Shown piece after piece: positions 6,308-6,589 of a stretch of 6,589 nt of DNA. Within the stretch, counting starts at the first letter, position 1. Each line of letters begins with the position of its first letter. A program made the position numbers and the translations under genes. The stretch is from a virus (Duplodnaviria; Heunggongvirae; Uroviricota; Caudoviricetes). The notes beneath the pieces were generated by a model, which did no database searches, was not told where the DNA came from, and was given only the letters and a program-made list of their open reading frames with translations. Where the stretch lies: the IMG/VR virus record IMGVR_UViG_2563366849_000001; one strand, written 5' to 3'.

Positions 6308-6336
6308 TTGTTTTATAAGGATAAATTAACTAAAAT
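6308..6336 (+). promoter_or_regulatory. Candidate sigma70 promoter for ogr (TTGTTT - 17 nt - TAAAAT)
   Basis: -35-like TTGTTT at 6308-6313 and -10-like TAAAAT at 6331-6336 with a 17-nt spacer, in the AT-rich gap between the D stop (6289) and the ogr start (6371). Sequence-pattern prediction only. Confidence 0.4.
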
Positions 6337-6370
6337 GGCACTATCAACAAAACCGGAAGAGGTGCTCGCG

Positions 6371-6589
6371 ATGTTTCATTGTCCTTTATGCCAGCATGCC
6401 GCACATGCGCGTACAAGTCGCTATATCACTGACACGACAAAAGAGCGTTATCACCAGTGCCAGAACGTGAATTGCAGCGCCACGTTCATCACTTATGAGT
6501 CGGTACAGCGATACATCGTGAAGCCGGGAGAAGTCCACGCCGTAAGGCCGCACCCGTTGCCGTCAGGGCAGCAAATTATGTGGATGTAA
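6371..6589 (+). CDS. ogr: Ogr, Cys4 zinc-finger activator of P2 late promoters (72 aa, complete)
   Basis: ATG at 6371 with GAAGAGG RBS about 8 nt upstream; 72 aa MFHCPLCQHAAHARTSRYITDTTKERYHQCQNVNCSATFITYESVQRYIVKPGEVHAVRPHPLPSGQQIMWM*, matching as far as I can recall the P2 Ogr / E. coli OgrK sequence with the C-x2-C-x22-C-x4-C zinc-binding motif (Cys4, 7, 30, 35). The stop TAA is the last three bases of the window. The ORF-track start at 6308 adds a 21-aa extension that I consider spurious. Confidence 0.9.
   Translation: MFHCPLCQHAAHARTSRYITDTTKERYHQCQNVNCSATFITYESVQRYIVKPGEVHAVRPHPLPSGQQIMWM

Noticed and set aside
6308-6589. 93-aa ORF with a 21-aa N-terminal extension upstream of Ogr
   Set aside because: The extension starts at a TTG inside the candidate ogr promoter and is AT-rich. 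The ATG at 6371 has an RBS and yields the 72-aa MFHCPLCQ… protein.
1-6589. Possibility that the locus is an R-type tailocin or a T6SS-like contractile injection system
   Set aside because: The sheath gene FI, the 5' half of tube gene FII and all baseplate and fibre genes except W are absent, and V is truncated. The retained genes are ordinary P2 late genes in P2 order, so this is a decayed prophage, not a functional contractile device.
1-6589. Search for CRISPR repeats, tRNA/rRNA genes, integrase/transposase, toxin-antitoxin or known defence genes
   Set aside because: No direct-repeat arrays, no tRNA-like cloverleaf candidates and no ORFs with recognisable motifs of these classes were seen. 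The known P2 accessory/defence hotspots (the tin/old and Z/fun regions) would lie outside the window or inside the deleted segment.

Overview
This window reads as the late (tail) region of a P2-family myovirus prophage, all on the + strand, in P2 gene order but with two internal deletions. Present: the 3' end of L, X, holin Y, a 3' fragment of V, intact W, the first ~35 codons of J fused to the 3' ~100 codons of FII, then intact E/E+E' (with the -1 frameshift site), tape measure T, U, D and the zinc-finger late activator ogr. Missing relative to P2: the lysis/tail-completion genes (K, lysA/B, R, S, 5' V) and the baseplate, fibre and sheath genes (most of J, I, H, G, FI, 5' FII). This is therefore a defective prophage remnant, unable to build a contractile tail or lyse normally. 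Identifications rest on recalled P2 protein sequences, gene order, sizes, start/stop coupling and motifs; no database search was run. I find no CRISPR array, RNA gene, integrase, transposase or recognisable defence/toxin system here, and no evidence of a novel system; the findings of interest are the deletion junctions and what was retained. All minus-strand ORFs appear to be antisense artefacts.
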